Numbered from the stretch's first letter, positions 20,314-29,689 are shown. The stretch: 33,249 nucleotides of DNA from Flavobacteriaceae bacterium (GCA_947458575.1 CANHBE010000001.1:1-33249), one strand, 5' to 3'. The notes: generated by a model from the sequence alone, not told the origin. Translations and numbers: made by a program.

Positions 20314-20781
20314 ATGGTTGAAATTGAGCGAAAATTTCTTGTTCTAAATGAAACATTCAAAGAAGTTGCATCACACAAATATCAAATTGCACAAGGATAT
20401 CTTAATTCACATCCTGAACGAACTGTTAGAATCCGAATAAAGGGAGAAATTGGATTGTTGACAATAAAGGGGAAGGGAAATAAATCCGGCACAACCCGAT
20501 TTGAGTGGGAAACTGAAATTTCACTTCTTGAAGCTAAGCCATTATTGGCGATGTGCGAGGATGGCGTAATTATCAAAACAAGATATGAAATTGAAGTGGG
20601 CCCTCATACTTACGAAGTTGATGTTTTTTCCGGTGAAAATGATGGCCTTATCATAGCAGAGCTAGAGCTTAATGACGAAAACGAATTGTTTGAAAAACCC
20701 AGTTGGCTGGGTCAAGAAGTCACAAATGACAAAAAATACTACAACGCTAATCTAAGCAAGAAACCTTATTGTAAATGGTGA
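20314..20781 (+). CDS. CYTH-domain (triphosphate tunnel metalloenzyme) protein
   Basis: EIERKFL, QGYL, TVRIR, LTIKG, AELEL; ATG at 20314. Confidence 0.92.
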   Translation: MVEIERKFLVLNETFKEVASHKYQIAQGYLNSHPERTVRIRIKGEIGLLTIKGKGNKSGTTRFEWETEISLLEAKPLLAMCEDGVIIKTRYEIEVGPHTYEVDVFSGENDGLIIAELELNDENELFEKPSWLGQEVTNDKKYYNANLSKKPYCKW

Positions 20782-20785
20782 TATA

Positions 20786-21268
20786 TTAGTCGGCTATTTC
20801 AATCTTGACCTTGATGCTACCGCTATTCTTATTGTTCGCAATTTCCATAAAAGCTCGTTTTGAAAGGTCTATTTCTCGTCCTCTAACAAAGGGGCCTCGA
20901 TCGGTAACTTCAACTAATACACATTGATCATTAGCTTCGTTGGTAACTCTAAGGATCGTTCCAAATGGAAACTTCCGATGTGCTGCTGTGTAATTCTTAT
21001 TGCTAAATTTCTTACCGCTAGCTGTTTTTCTTCCGTTAAACTTATCGGCGTAATATGAGGCGTGAGCCCCAGACTTATGCAGTCTGAATTTTCCTTTAAC
21101 TGCAATTACAGTGTCATTAAAAATAATCTCCGGCTGAACCACTGCAGGATTATCAATTGAAATTGTATCCTTTAGAACTGTCATTTTATCCTTTTTCTTA
21201 GGATTTGATTGAGCGACAAGTTGGGGTAGAAAGCCTAGTAGCAAAAAGATCAATATTGCTTTTTTCAT
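20786..21268 (-). CDS. RlpA-family (double-psi beta-barrel) lytic transglycosylase, secreted, no SPOR domain
   Basis: Signal peptide MKKAILIFLLL; ASYY..F.GRKTASG, TAAHR..PFGT, DRGPF, IDLS. Confidence 0.88.
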   Translation of the reverse strand: MKKAILIFLLLGFLPQLVAQSNPKKKDKMTVLKDTISIDNPAVVQPEIIFNDTVIAVKGKFRLHKSGAHASYYADKFNGRKTASGKKFSNKNYTAAHRKFPFGTILRVTNEANDQCVLVEVTDRGPFVRGREIDLSKRAFMEIANNKNSGSIKVKIEIAD

Positions 21269-21329
21269 GTAACATCTTTTTTGATAGACCACGGTTTAAA
21301 TGAAGGAGATTATTCGATCAATCATCCTA

Positions 21330-21752
21330 TCACAACCACAAATTCCATGGTATTCGAGATAAAATTAAGACTAGACCAACTCCATAAAAAACAGTAATTG
21401 CCTTAAATTTAGCATGGTTTTCTTCACCTTTCTTATGCTTGCTCCAACCAACAGTAATCATTATGATTGCTATTACATTGATAAGTGGATGCTCCAAAGA
21501 TGTCAATCGCAGCGCACTATCACTCATCTGTCCTAATGAAGCAGAACCCAGAGGAGATACGAAATACAATATCAATCCGAAAACCAATTGGATGTGGGAA
21601 GCTATCAAGGCCATCAGCGAAATCCTTCTGTCTTTCGCGGTAAATTCCTTTCTTGAACTCATACCAATTACAGCATTTATTACTGCAATAATCAAGGCGA
21701 TTAAAACTAAATATGCCCAACCTGAATGTGCTTTTTGAAGAATATAATACAT
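21330..21752 (-). CDS. Four-TM membrane protein with helical histidines (possible cytochrome b-like)
   Basis: Four hydrophobic segments with AHS, SHIQ and EHP; TATATTTG promoter element at 21781-21774 supports the start at 21752. Confidence 0.7.
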   Translation of the reverse strand: MYYILQKAHSGWAYLVLIALIIAVINAVIGMSSRKEFTAKDRRISLMALIASHIQLVFGLILYFVSPLGSASLGQMSDSALRLTSLEHPLINVIAIIMITVGWSKHKKGEENHAKFKAITVFYGVGLVLILSRIPWNLWL

Positions 21753-21825
21753 TTTTCTGTTTTTAATGAATTTCAAATATAATCAAAAAGCTTTAGGAAG
21801 CTATCTTTTTGATTGACTAACTTAC

Positions 21826-23481
21826 TTAGTTTTTAGTTGATTTGTTTTCGAGAAAATATTTCAACAAGAACTCTGTGGAGGCATCGTGTGATTTTATCGT
21901 TTTTGAGTCGATTTCACTCAAAATAGAATTTGCTAATTGCTTTCCAAGCTCAACACCCCATTGGTCGTAACTAAAAATATTCCATAATATTCCTTGCACA
22001 AAGATCTTGTGCTCATACATCGCAATCAATGAGCCTAAGGACTCGGGTGTTAGTTTCTTAATCAGGATGGTATTAGTAGGCTTGTTTCCTTCGAAAACCT
22101 TAAATGGCAAAAGATATGCTGCAGCTTCATTTGAAATACCATGATTGGCGAATTCTTCTTGTACTTGCGTCGATGTTTTTCCATTTAAAAGTGCCTCAGT
22201 TTGAGCGAAGAAATTTGACATAAGTTTATTATGATGATCAATCTCACCATGAAGTGGTTCAATAAATCCAATGAAATCCGTAGGGATTAACTTAGTTCCC
22301 TGATGAATTAATTGAAAAAATGCATGTTGAGAATTTGTTCCTGGTTCGCCCCAAATAATTGTTCCTGTTTCGTAATTGACCCGCTTTCCGTCTCTTCCGA
22401 TGCTTTTGCCATTACTTTCCATGATGCCCTGTTGTAGATACGACGCTAACTTCTGAAGGTATTGAGTATAAGGGATTAACGCTTCGCTTTCGGCACCATA
22501 AAAATTATTATACCAAATACTTAATAGTGCCAGAACAACAGGAATATTTCCTTTAAACTCCTCATTTTTGAAATGCTCGTCCATTGAATGAGCTCCTCGC
22601 AATAAAGCATCAAAATTATTATAGCCCACTGCTAAGCAAATTGAAAGTCCAACGGCGCTCCACAGCGAAAATCTTCCCCCAACCCAATCCCACATCGGAA
22701 AAATATTATCTGCATCAATGCCGAAATTGGTCACGTTCTTTACATTCGTCGAAACTGCTACAAAATGTTTTGCAACGTCTTCTTGTCTTGCCGATTGCAG
22801 AAACCAGTTCCGGATTGTCTCCGAGTTAGTTAATGTCTCCTGCGTCGTAAAAGTTTTTGAAACGATGATGAATAAAGTCGTTTCGGGGTTTATCTTTTTT
22901 AAGATTTCATGTACATGATCACCGTCTACATTCGAAACAAAATGACAATTAAGGTGATTCTTGTAGTATTGCAAAGCCTCAACAACCATTGCAGGTCCCA
23001 AATCAGAACCTCCGATACCAATATTGACAATGTCGGTAAAAGCTTTACCTGTATGTCCTTTTCTGGTCCCGTCGGTCACTTCTTTTGTAAATAGCTCAAT
23101 CTTCCTTTTTACTTCATAAATTTCCGGAACTACATTTGACCCTCCAACGGTTATTGTGGCATTCTCAGGGGCGCGTAATGCGGTGTGCAAGACTGCTCTA
23201 TTCTCAGTTTGATTGATTGTCTCGCCCGAAAAATATTTTGAAATAGCATTGCCTAGCTGCATCTCCTGAGCCAGATCTAGTAAAAGATTCATCGTTTCTG
23301 TTGAAATCCGGTTTTTTGAATAATCAATCAAGAAATCATTCCATTTAATGTGGAACCGATTAGCTCTCCCGTCGTCATTCACAAACATTTCCTTAATTGA
23401 ATTATGCTCGCCTTCATCATAATGGGCTTGCAACTTTTGCCATGCAGTTGTAGATGTTGGATTTATTTGTTGTAATGCCAT
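21826..23481 (-). CDS. pgi: Glucose-6-phosphate isomerase
   Basis: [40 protein letters not shown]. Confidence 0.97.
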   Translation of the reverse strand: MALQQINPTSTTAWQKLQAHYDEGEHNSIKEMFVNDDGRANRFHIKWNDFLIDYSKNRISTETMNLLLDLAQEMQLGNAISKYFSGETINQTENRAVLHTALRAPENATITVGGSNVVPEIYEVKRKIELFTKEVTDGTRKGHTGKAFTDIVNIGIGGSDLGPAMVVEALQYYKNHLNCHFVSNVDGDHVHEILKKINPETTLFIIVSKTFTTQETLTNSETIRNWFLQSARQEDVAKHFVAVSTNVKNVTNFGIDADNIFPMWDWVGGRFSLWSAVGLSICLAVGYNNFDALLRGAHSMDEHFKNEEFKGNIPVVLALLSIWYNNFYGAESEALIPYTQYLQKLASYLQQGIMESNGKSIGRDGKRVNYETGTIIWGEPGTNSQHAFFQLIHQGTKLIPTDFIGFIEPLHGEIDHHNKLMSNFFAQTEALLNGKTSTQVQEEFANHGISNEAAAYLLPFKVFEGNKPTNTILIKKLTPESLGSLIAMYEHKIFVQGILWNIFSYDQWGVELGKQLANSILSEIDSKTIKSHDASTEFLLKYFLENKSTKN

Positions 23482-23503
23482 AGTTTTGGGTTTAAATGAG
23501 GTG

Positions 23504-23511
23504 CAAATTTA
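23504..23511 (-). promoter_or_regulatory. -7 promoter element of pgi
   Basis: TAAATTTG(CA) 22 nt before the ATG. Confidence 0.65.
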
Positions 23512-23613
23512 CAACTTAGTTTGTTAAATTAGGATTAACAATTTTAGCCTTCGAAGAAGTGGATCTATAGCAAATTTGACGTGACAATTGACAATAAATT
23601 AATGCATCAAAAC

Positions 23614-24843
23614 TCACTTTTTATCTTTTAACTGCGCTACACTATCCAATTCTCTTTTTAATGGTTTCATTAGAGAGAGGAAACGAGGCAGGTTCCGTTT
23701 ATCCATAGGTTCGGAATTTGGGAGTTTTAAACGTAATGCATCCACTTGCACCCCGTTTTTCCAAAATCGATAGCAGACATGTGGCCCTGTAGCGAGACCG
23801 GTACTTCCAACTTTCCCAATTACATCTCCCTGATTCACTCGTTGACCGCGACGGACCAAAATTTTGGACATGTGAAGGTATTGTGTAGAGTAAGTTCGAT
23901 CGTGTTTGACTTTTACAAAATTTCCATTCCCCGCAGTAAATCCTGTTTGCTCAACAACACCTGACGCCGTGGTCATAATTGGAGTTCCTGTTGGTGCTGC
24001 ATAATCTGTTCCTTTATGAGCCTTCCAAATCATTTGGACGGGATGAAAACGACTTTTTGCAAATCTTGAAGTAATATTGACATATTTTAAAGGTGCTTTC
24101 AAGAAAAAATTCTTCAGCGCCTTTCCTTCATCATCAAAATAATCAATTTTGCCGGAACCTTGATTTTGCTCAAAAGGAAATGCGTAAATTTTCTTTCCCT
24201 TATACTCGAAGAATGCAGCTTCAAGATCCTCTACACCGTCGTAAATGGTGTCTTCAATAAATCTTTCAGTGAAAGTAATTCCGAACTTATCGCCTTTTTT
24301 CAGCTTGAAAAAATCTATTGACCAGGCATAAATTTTGGTAATCTTGCTGGCAAGTGAGGCATCAACCCCTTCTTTTTCAATTGCTTCTGAAAGCGAACCA
24401 TCTAAACTACCCGCAATTGTTTTTCTCTTGATTACAATAGGTCTTATCTTTTTATAAACATGCAAAGAATCCCTGAAATCAATGACAAAATAACTTCCGC
24501 GATCGGGCTGGTAAACAAATGCTTGTAACTTCTTGTATCGATCTTTTGATCGGAATATAGTAAATGGCTTTCCAATCCTCATGATGCGAACATCAAAACT
24601 GTCTTTTACTTTTTCGACAATATTGTAAACTTCTTGATCTCCTATATTTTGTTGATTTAGGATGCTTCCGAATGTGTCTCCGGTTTGAATTGTGTCATTT
24701 AACACATTAAAATCATTGTATTTAAATCCAAATTGCTCGACAACAGGAATGGGTTTACCTTGCTCAAACACAATTTCTTCTTCCGATTTGTTGCAGGAAA
24801 AAAAAGTGACAACCAGAGAAAGAAGTAAAATTCTCTTTTTCAA
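23614..24843 (-). CDS. M23-family peptidoglycan DD-metalloendopeptidase, lipoprotein
   Basis: Lipobox-like FFSC; HKGTD, YLHM and GPHVC (M23 HxxxD and C-terminal His region); TTG start. Confidence 0.9.
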   Translation of the reverse strand: MKKRILLLSLVVTFFSCNKSEEEIVFEQGKPIPVVEQFGFKYNDFNVLNDTIQTGDTFGSILNQQNIGDQEVYNIVEKVKDSFDVRIMRIGKPFTIFRSKDRYKKLQAFVYQPDRGSYFVIDFRDSLHVYKKIRPIVIKRKTIAGSLDGSLSEAIEKEGVDASLASKITKIYAWSIDFFKLKKGDKFGITFTERFIEDTIYDGVEDLEAAFFEYKGKKIYAFPFEQNQGSGKIDYFDDEGKALKNFFLKAPLKYVNITSRFAKSRFHPVQMIWKAHKGTDYAAPTGTPIMTTASGVVEQTGFTAGNGNFVKVKHDRTYSTQYLHMSKILVRRGQRVNQGDVIGKVGSTGLATGPHVCYRFWKNGVQVDALRLKLPNSEPMDKRNLPRFLSLMKPLKRELDSVAQLKDKK

Positions 24844-24861
24844 AGCTTGCTTTTTGAGTTT

Positions 24862-25794
24862 TTAGAAATTTGTTCCCCAGTTCTTCAATTCTTCTTCGGA
24901 CCATAATTCGGGGAAGAAAATTCTTCTTTGATATTTTGGATGCATATACTTCTTCCAGTCACTTCCCCCTGTTGCTTCTCCTGTTCCTTGGCCACTTTCG
25001 ATATATTTCTTAGCAGCATTAAGATGTCCCATAACCCAGGTTACATTTACCGTATAGTCATAATGACGCATAGCTTCAATCAGTTTAGGATTTTTCTGAT
25101 CTTCATCCGGAAGTTGTTTGAATTTTTGCCAAAGATTTATCGTATTGTAACGTTCCATTTCTCTGAGGAACATACTTTTATATTTTCTTTCAAACTCCAG
25201 AATCAAAAACGACTTTTCACCTGTGCCGTGATCTTTTCCTGCTGCCTGCCAATACAAGTGCTCAAAAGCATGCTCGTAGGGTGTATTACGATCTATGGTT
25301 GCTCTAAATCTATAATCTATCAGATTAATTAAATCTGTAGAGCTAAATTCAATTAATCGGTATTGTGCACTTTGGAAACCGCTTGCAGGAGTTAATGTGT
25401 TTCTGAATTTCATATACTGATCAACCTCCATTCCGTCACCCATAATATCAAAAGAAGTTGTGAGCATATCGAAATATCTACTGATACGAGTGAGTCTCTC
25501 TGTAAAAAATCCAGTTTCCGGTTTCTGATTATTGGTAATCTGATCGATCTCCCAAAGAATCATCTTGAATAGGAGTTCATTTACTTGATGGTACATGATA
25601 AAAACCATTTCGTCAGGCAATGTCGTTCTTTGGATTTGCAGATTAAGCAGCGCGTCAGTCTGTATGTAATCCCAATAAGTTATTGGTTTTGCCCAAAGCA
25701 ATCCCTCTAGATGAGTCGTTGTCTTTTGGTTTATTGCATCAAACTTTTCTTCAATATTATCAAGAATCAACTGAGTTTCGCTATCAAGTTTCAT
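24862..25794 (-). CDS. Tryptophan 2,3-dioxygenase family protein
   Basis: Y.DY....LL.LQ, DEMVFIMYHQ..EL.FK, FR..L.PASGFQSAQYR, W...H, ATGGS loop. Confidence 0.88.
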   Translation of the reverse strand: MKLDSETQLILDNIEEKFDAINQKTTTHLEGLLWAKPITYWDYIQTDALLNLQIQRTTLPDEMVFIMYHQVNELLFKMILWEIDQITNNQKPETGFFTERLTRISRYFDMLTTSFDIMGDGMEVDQYMKFRNTLTPASGFQSAQYRLIEFSSTDLINLIDYRFRATIDRNTPYEHAFEHLYWQAAGKDHGTGEKSFLILEFERKYKSMFLREMERYNTINLWQKFKQLPDEDQKNPKLIEAMRHYDYTVNVTWVMGHLNAAKKYIESGQGTGEATGGSDWKKYMHPKYQRRIFFPELWSEEELKNWGTNF

Positions 25795-26570
25795 TAAGAT
25801 TTTACTTTTAGTTTAAATGAATATTTCAACCCTTTAAAGCCATCCAAATCGGCCTTTATTGATCCTACAGCCAGACTAGCTTTGATACGAAGTGGTAATT
25901 TGTTATCGTCATCTGAAATCCAAACTGTTAAACTTTCTTCTTCCTTAAACACTCTTCCTGATTGCACAAGTGGTCTAAAAATCATTGCTGAGACAGTTCC
26001 AAATTTCGTTTCTATATCTTCATTTCCGAGGAATTTCAACTTAAATTTGGTGGATTCATCATCAAAAAACATATCAACCGTAATTGACTCCCCTACTTTT
26101 AACTTGTCGATTGTTGGGTGATTTCTCAGATAGTAAAAAGTGGAGACAATGTCTTGGGTGTGACTTGCGAAAGAAAAGGTCTTTTCCGTTTTGTTCTTGT
26201 AATCCTTTACCAAGATTCTTAAGTTCTCTTGATTAAAAAAACCTTCCTGATTTTTTTTATAGCCTCCTTCATCAATTTTTCGAACAAATCGATATGGATC
26301 GCCTGTTTCCTTGTCAAAATAACTCTCGTACAAATCATCCACCTTAAAAAAGAACCTCGACAGGCCAGTTGTATATCCTTTACCTACTGCATGAAAAACT
26401 CTTTTGTGATTGATGACCGCCTCTTTTACCTCCAATGTCGCGTAACCTGCATTTACAAGACCATAATGAATTCTGAACTTGAACCATTCACCTACATCAA
26501 AAGCCCGTTCTTTTTGATTACTGAAACCGAATGTAGATGCTACAAATAATAAAACAAGGGCTTTTTTCAT
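25794..26570 (-). CDS. DUF3108-family secreted protein
   Basis: Signal peptide from ATG 26570; GEW..F.IHYG...AG, FFKVDD.YESY, WISDD.NK.P patterns recognised from memory. Confidence 0.78.
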   Translation of the reverse strand: MKKALVLLFVASTFGFSNQKERAFDVGEWFKFRIHYGLVNAGYATLEVKEAVINHKRVFHAVGKGYTTGLSRFFFKVDDLYESYFDKETGDPYRFVRKIDEGGYKKNQEGFFNQENLRILVKDYKNKTEKTFSFASHTQDIVSTFYYLRNHPTIDKLKVGESITVDMFFDDESTKFKLKFLGNEDIETKFGTVSAMIFRPLVQSGRVFKEEESLTVWISDDDNKLPLRIKASLAVGSIKADLDGFKGLKYSFKLKVKS

Positions 26571-26611
26571 TTTTCTTGAATTGATTTCGCGCCGAAATAC
26601 AATATCTGTTC

Positions 26612-26643
26612 CAAATGTATTAAAACAAAAAAACTCAGTCAAA
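26612..26643 (-). promoter_or_regulatory. Promoter of the DUF3108-TDO-M23 unit, overlapping the upstream terminator
   Basis: TTTG (26643-26640)-N20-TACATTTG (26619-26612). Confidence 0.72.
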
Positions 26644-26738
26644 TAATGACCGAGTTTTTATGCTATTAACCAACCAAAAACTATAAATTAAAATAATTTA
26701 TATAAAAATTCCGGAAACCACTCCTTCTTTTTTGTTGG
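26627..26738 (-). ncRNA. Putative ~110-nt small RNA (or terminated leader)
   Basis: TTG-N21-TATATTTG promoter (26772-26741), no AUG ORF inside, terminator AAAAACUCGGUCA-uuauu-UGACUGAG-U7 (26659-26627). Confidence 0.62.
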
Positions 26739-26860
26739 TGCAAATATACGGTTGCTTATGAATAATGCTCAATAAAAATTAATCTTTAACGAAAAGTATT
26801 CAAAAACAATACTACTATATCGTTGTATTTTAAATAATTATCAATTAAATTCCTTAAACG

Positions 26861-28021
26861 CTATAAAGTTCCTCTTTTTTCTTGCTCTCTTTCGATAGAT
26901 TCGAAGAGTGCTTTGAAATTTCCAGCACCAAATCCTTTTGCACCCATACGTTGAATAATTTCAAAAAACAAGGTTGGTCTGTCTTCGACCGGCTTTGTAA
27001 AAATTTGAAGCAAGTAACCATCCTCATCAGCATCTACCATGATTGCTAATTTTTCTAGCGTATTCAGGTCTTCGTGCATCATTTTCATATGCTCACCAAG
27101 ACGATTAGGAATGTCCTCATAATAGGCTCTAGGCGGTGCTGACAAGAATTCTACTCCACGTGCTCTGAGAGCCGTCACCGTGCTGATAATATCATCGGTT
27201 GCTACGGCAATGTGTTGCACGCCGGATCCTTCATAAAAATCAAGATATTCTTCAATTTGTGAGCGTTTATTGCCGTTTGCCGGTTCGTTGATAGGGAATT
27301 TTATCCTACCATTGCCATTGCTCATTACTTTACTCATCAATGCAGAATACTCCGTATGAATTTGTTTGTCGTCAAAAGAGAGAAAATTAACGAATCCCAT
27401 TACATCTTCATACCATTTTACCCAAATATTCATTTGATTCCATCCCACATTTCCGACCATATGATCGACATATTTGAGTCCAACAGCAGTCGGATTATAG
27501 TCAGATTTCCATTCTACATAACCCGGCAAAAATGTTCCGTTATAGTTTTTGCGTTCGACAAACATATGAACGGTTTCTCCGTAGGTGTATATTCCTGCTC
27601 GAACTACTTCACCGAATTCGTCTTTTTCGATGGTCGGCTCCATAAATGGTCTAGCACCTCGTTTGGTTGTTTCTTCAAAGGACTTTTTAGCGTCTTCTAC
27701 CCATAAAGCAATCACTTTTACGCCATCGCCGTGTTTTTTTACATGATCACCTATTGGAGAATCGCTATTCAGCGCAGTTGTTAAAACCAATCTGATTTTA
27801 TCCTGTTTTAGCACATAAGAAGCTCGGTCTCTTACACCCGTTTCCAATCCCGCGTAAGCTAGTGATTGAAACCCGAATGCAGTTTTGTAAAAATGGGCTG
27901 CTTGTTTGGCGTTTCCAACGTAAAATTCGACATAATCGGTTCCTAACAAGGGCAGGAAATCTTGTGCTCCTTCAAATATTTTTTCGAGTCCATACTCGAC
28001 TGATTTTATTTCTTTTGACAT
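26861..28021 (-). CDS. hppD: 4-hydroxyphenylpyruvate dioxygenase
   Basis: DHMVGNV, PINEP, SQIEEYL, QHIA, LLQIFTKP, FFEIIQR, GFGAGNFKALFESIE. Confidence 0.97.
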   Translation of the reverse strand: MSKEIKSVEYGLEKIFEGAQDFLPLLGTDYVEFYVGNAKQAAHFYKTAFGFQSLAYAGLETGVRDRASYVLKQDKIRLVLTTALNSDSPIGDHVKKHGDGVKVIALWVEDAKKSFEETTKRGARPFMEPTIEKDEFGEVVRAGIYTYGETVHMFVERKNYNGTFLPGYVEWKSDYNPTAVGLKYVDHMVGNVGWNQMNIWVKWYEDVMGFVNFLSFDDKQIHTEYSALMSKVMSNGNGRIKFPINEPANGNKRSQIEEYLDFYEGSGVQHIAVATDDIISTVTALRARGVEFLSAPPRAYYEDIPNRLGEHMKMMHEDLNTLEKLAIMVDADEDGYLLQIFTKPVEDRPTLFFEIIQRMGAKGFGAGNFKALFESIEREQEKRGTL

Positions 28022-28124
28022 AATCTTATTTTTTTACTTTCGTTTCCGCTACTACAATTCTTTGATTCTGAAGCAACGGAAAGCGGGTTTTTGATTTTAT
28101 GAAAATTTGTAATGTACTGCAATT

Positions 28125-28199
28125 GCTAGCCCTGATGGCAGCGGCATCCTTTTGTGTTGGCGTTCAACACAAAAGATACAGCGAACAGCAGGAAGTAGC
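28125..28199 (+). ncRNA. Structured intergenic element resembling the Flavo-1 RNA motif
   Basis: GCTAGCCCTGATGGCAGCGGCATC, then an 11-bp stem CTTTTGTGTTG/CAACACAAAAG, then ATACAGCGAACAGCAGG; nested GCTA/TAGC and CCTG/CAGG pairs. Family name is from memory, not searched. Confidence 0.6.
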
Positions 28200-28208
28200 T
28201 TCTAATAA

Positions 28209-29366
28209 CTATTCTACCCAAGACTTGTAATAAACCCCATCATCTATAGCCATAGCATCTTCAGTAACCATGAGTGGTCTGAACGTATCTACCATAACCG
28301 CAAGTTCTTGAGTTTCTGTTTGACCGATGCTTCGTTCCATTGCACCTGGAGCTGGACCATGAGGAATTCCTTTAGGGTGCAAAGTGATATGCCCTTGTTC
28401 GATATTATTCCTTGACATAAAATCGCCATCTACGTAATAAAGCACCTCATCACTGTCAATATTGCTGTGGTTATAAGGAGCCGGAATAGCCTTTGGGTGG
28501 TAGTCGTAAAGTCTTGGACAGAACGAGCATACGACAAAAGTAGATGTTTCAAAAGTTTGATGCACCGGTGGCGGTTGATGTACCCGACCTGTAATCGGTT
28601 CAAAATTATGAATTGAAAATCCGTATGGGAAATTGTATCCGTCCCAGCCAACAACGTCAAATGGATGCGACGCATAGACTATTTCGTGAATCATTCCTTC
28701 TTTTTTTACCTTAATCAAGAAATCACCTTTTTGATCGTAGGTTTCTAGTTCATGAGGCAACTTGAAATCGCGCTCACAAAATGGAGCGTGTTCAAGCAAT
28801 TGGCCTGATTCGTTTTTGTATCGTTTGGGCGTGTAAAAAGGGGCGAACGACTCTACATAGAACAACCTATTATCAGTAGTTTCGAATTCAATCTGATAAA
28901 TCATTCCTCGTGGAATAATCAAATAGTCGCCGTACTCGAATGAGATATTCCCGAGCATGGTGCGCAATTTTCCTTTTCCTTTGTGAACGAATATCATCTC
29001 ATCCGCATCTGCGTTTTTGTAAAAATAGGATGTTAGTGAATGTTGTGGTGCTGCTAAACCAATTGTGCAGTCGCGATTAACCAGCATTGGCTTTCTACTA
29101 TCTAGAAAATCCATATCAGGCTTTACTTCAAAGCCTTTTAGCAATAAGGACTTAATGTTTTTATCAATAGCAATTTTAGGCTCTACTGAATATGATTTGA
29201 TTATTTCCTTTACTTGTGTTGGGCGATGTACATGGTAGAGCAGAGAAGAATGTCCATGAAAACCCTCCGTACCAAACAATTGCTCATAATATAACCCACC
29301 ATTCTGCTTTTCGAAGGTTATATGTCTTTTTTGAGGAAAACTTCCTAATTTATGATATACAGGCAT
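28209..29366 (-). CDS. hmgA: Homogentisate 1,2-dioxygenase
   Basis: NADADE, SHPFDVVGWDG, HQPPP.H, PYNHSNIDSDE, LHP.G.PHGP, AVMVDT; adjacent to hppD. Confidence 0.92.
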   Translation of the reverse strand: MPVYHKLGSFPQKRHITFEKQNGGLYYEQLFGTEGFHGHSSLLYHVHRPTQVKEIIKSYSVEPKIAIDKNIKSLLLKGFEVKPDMDFLDSRKPMLVNRDCTIGLAAPQHSLTSYFYKNADADEMIFVHKGKGKLRTMLGNISFEYGDYLIIPRGMIYQIEFETTDNRLFYVESFAPFYTPKRYKNESGQLLEHAPFCERDFKLPHELETYDQKGDFLIKVKKEGMIHEIVYASHPFDVVGWDGYNFPYGFSIHNFEPITGRVHQPPPVHQTFETSTFVVCSFCPRLYDYHPKAIPAPYNHSNIDSDEVLYYVDGDFMSRNNIEQGHITLHPKGIPHGPAPGAMERSIGQTETQELAVMVDTFRPLMVTEDAMAIDDGVYYKSWVE

Positions 29367-29631
29367 GATTAAATAAATGATAATTAATAAATTGATTTAC
29401 AACATTTACTATTAATCACTCTGGATTTCTCTTAATCATGTACTTGAGATGTACCAGCAATTCTGTCCAATACATATTCATATTTTATGAGGTTATTGTG
29501 TTCTAAGAGATGCAACAAATTGACCAAATCAACTCTGCTAATTGGATCAAAGGCAAGATTTTGATTTTGTTGTAACAAATATCGGAAAAAAACATCTTTA
29601 GAGATTAAATCTAGCGTGATATTTTTGAAGG

Positions 29632-29673
29632 CAAAAAAGGCGCTTGCGAAATTAATCGACAGCGCCCTTTTTG
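29632..29673 (-). terminator. Terminator after the amino-acid permease gene
   Basis: Minus strand AAAAAGGGCGCUGUCGA..UCGCAAGCGCC-U6. Confidence 0.78.
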
Positions 29674-29689
29674 ATCATTCTGATTTAAT

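Noticed and set aside
29422-29578. TTG-started minus-strand frame (LLQQNQNLAFDPISRVDL...VHD)
   Set aside because: The start lies within the putative promoter element; no ATG and no recognisable motif.
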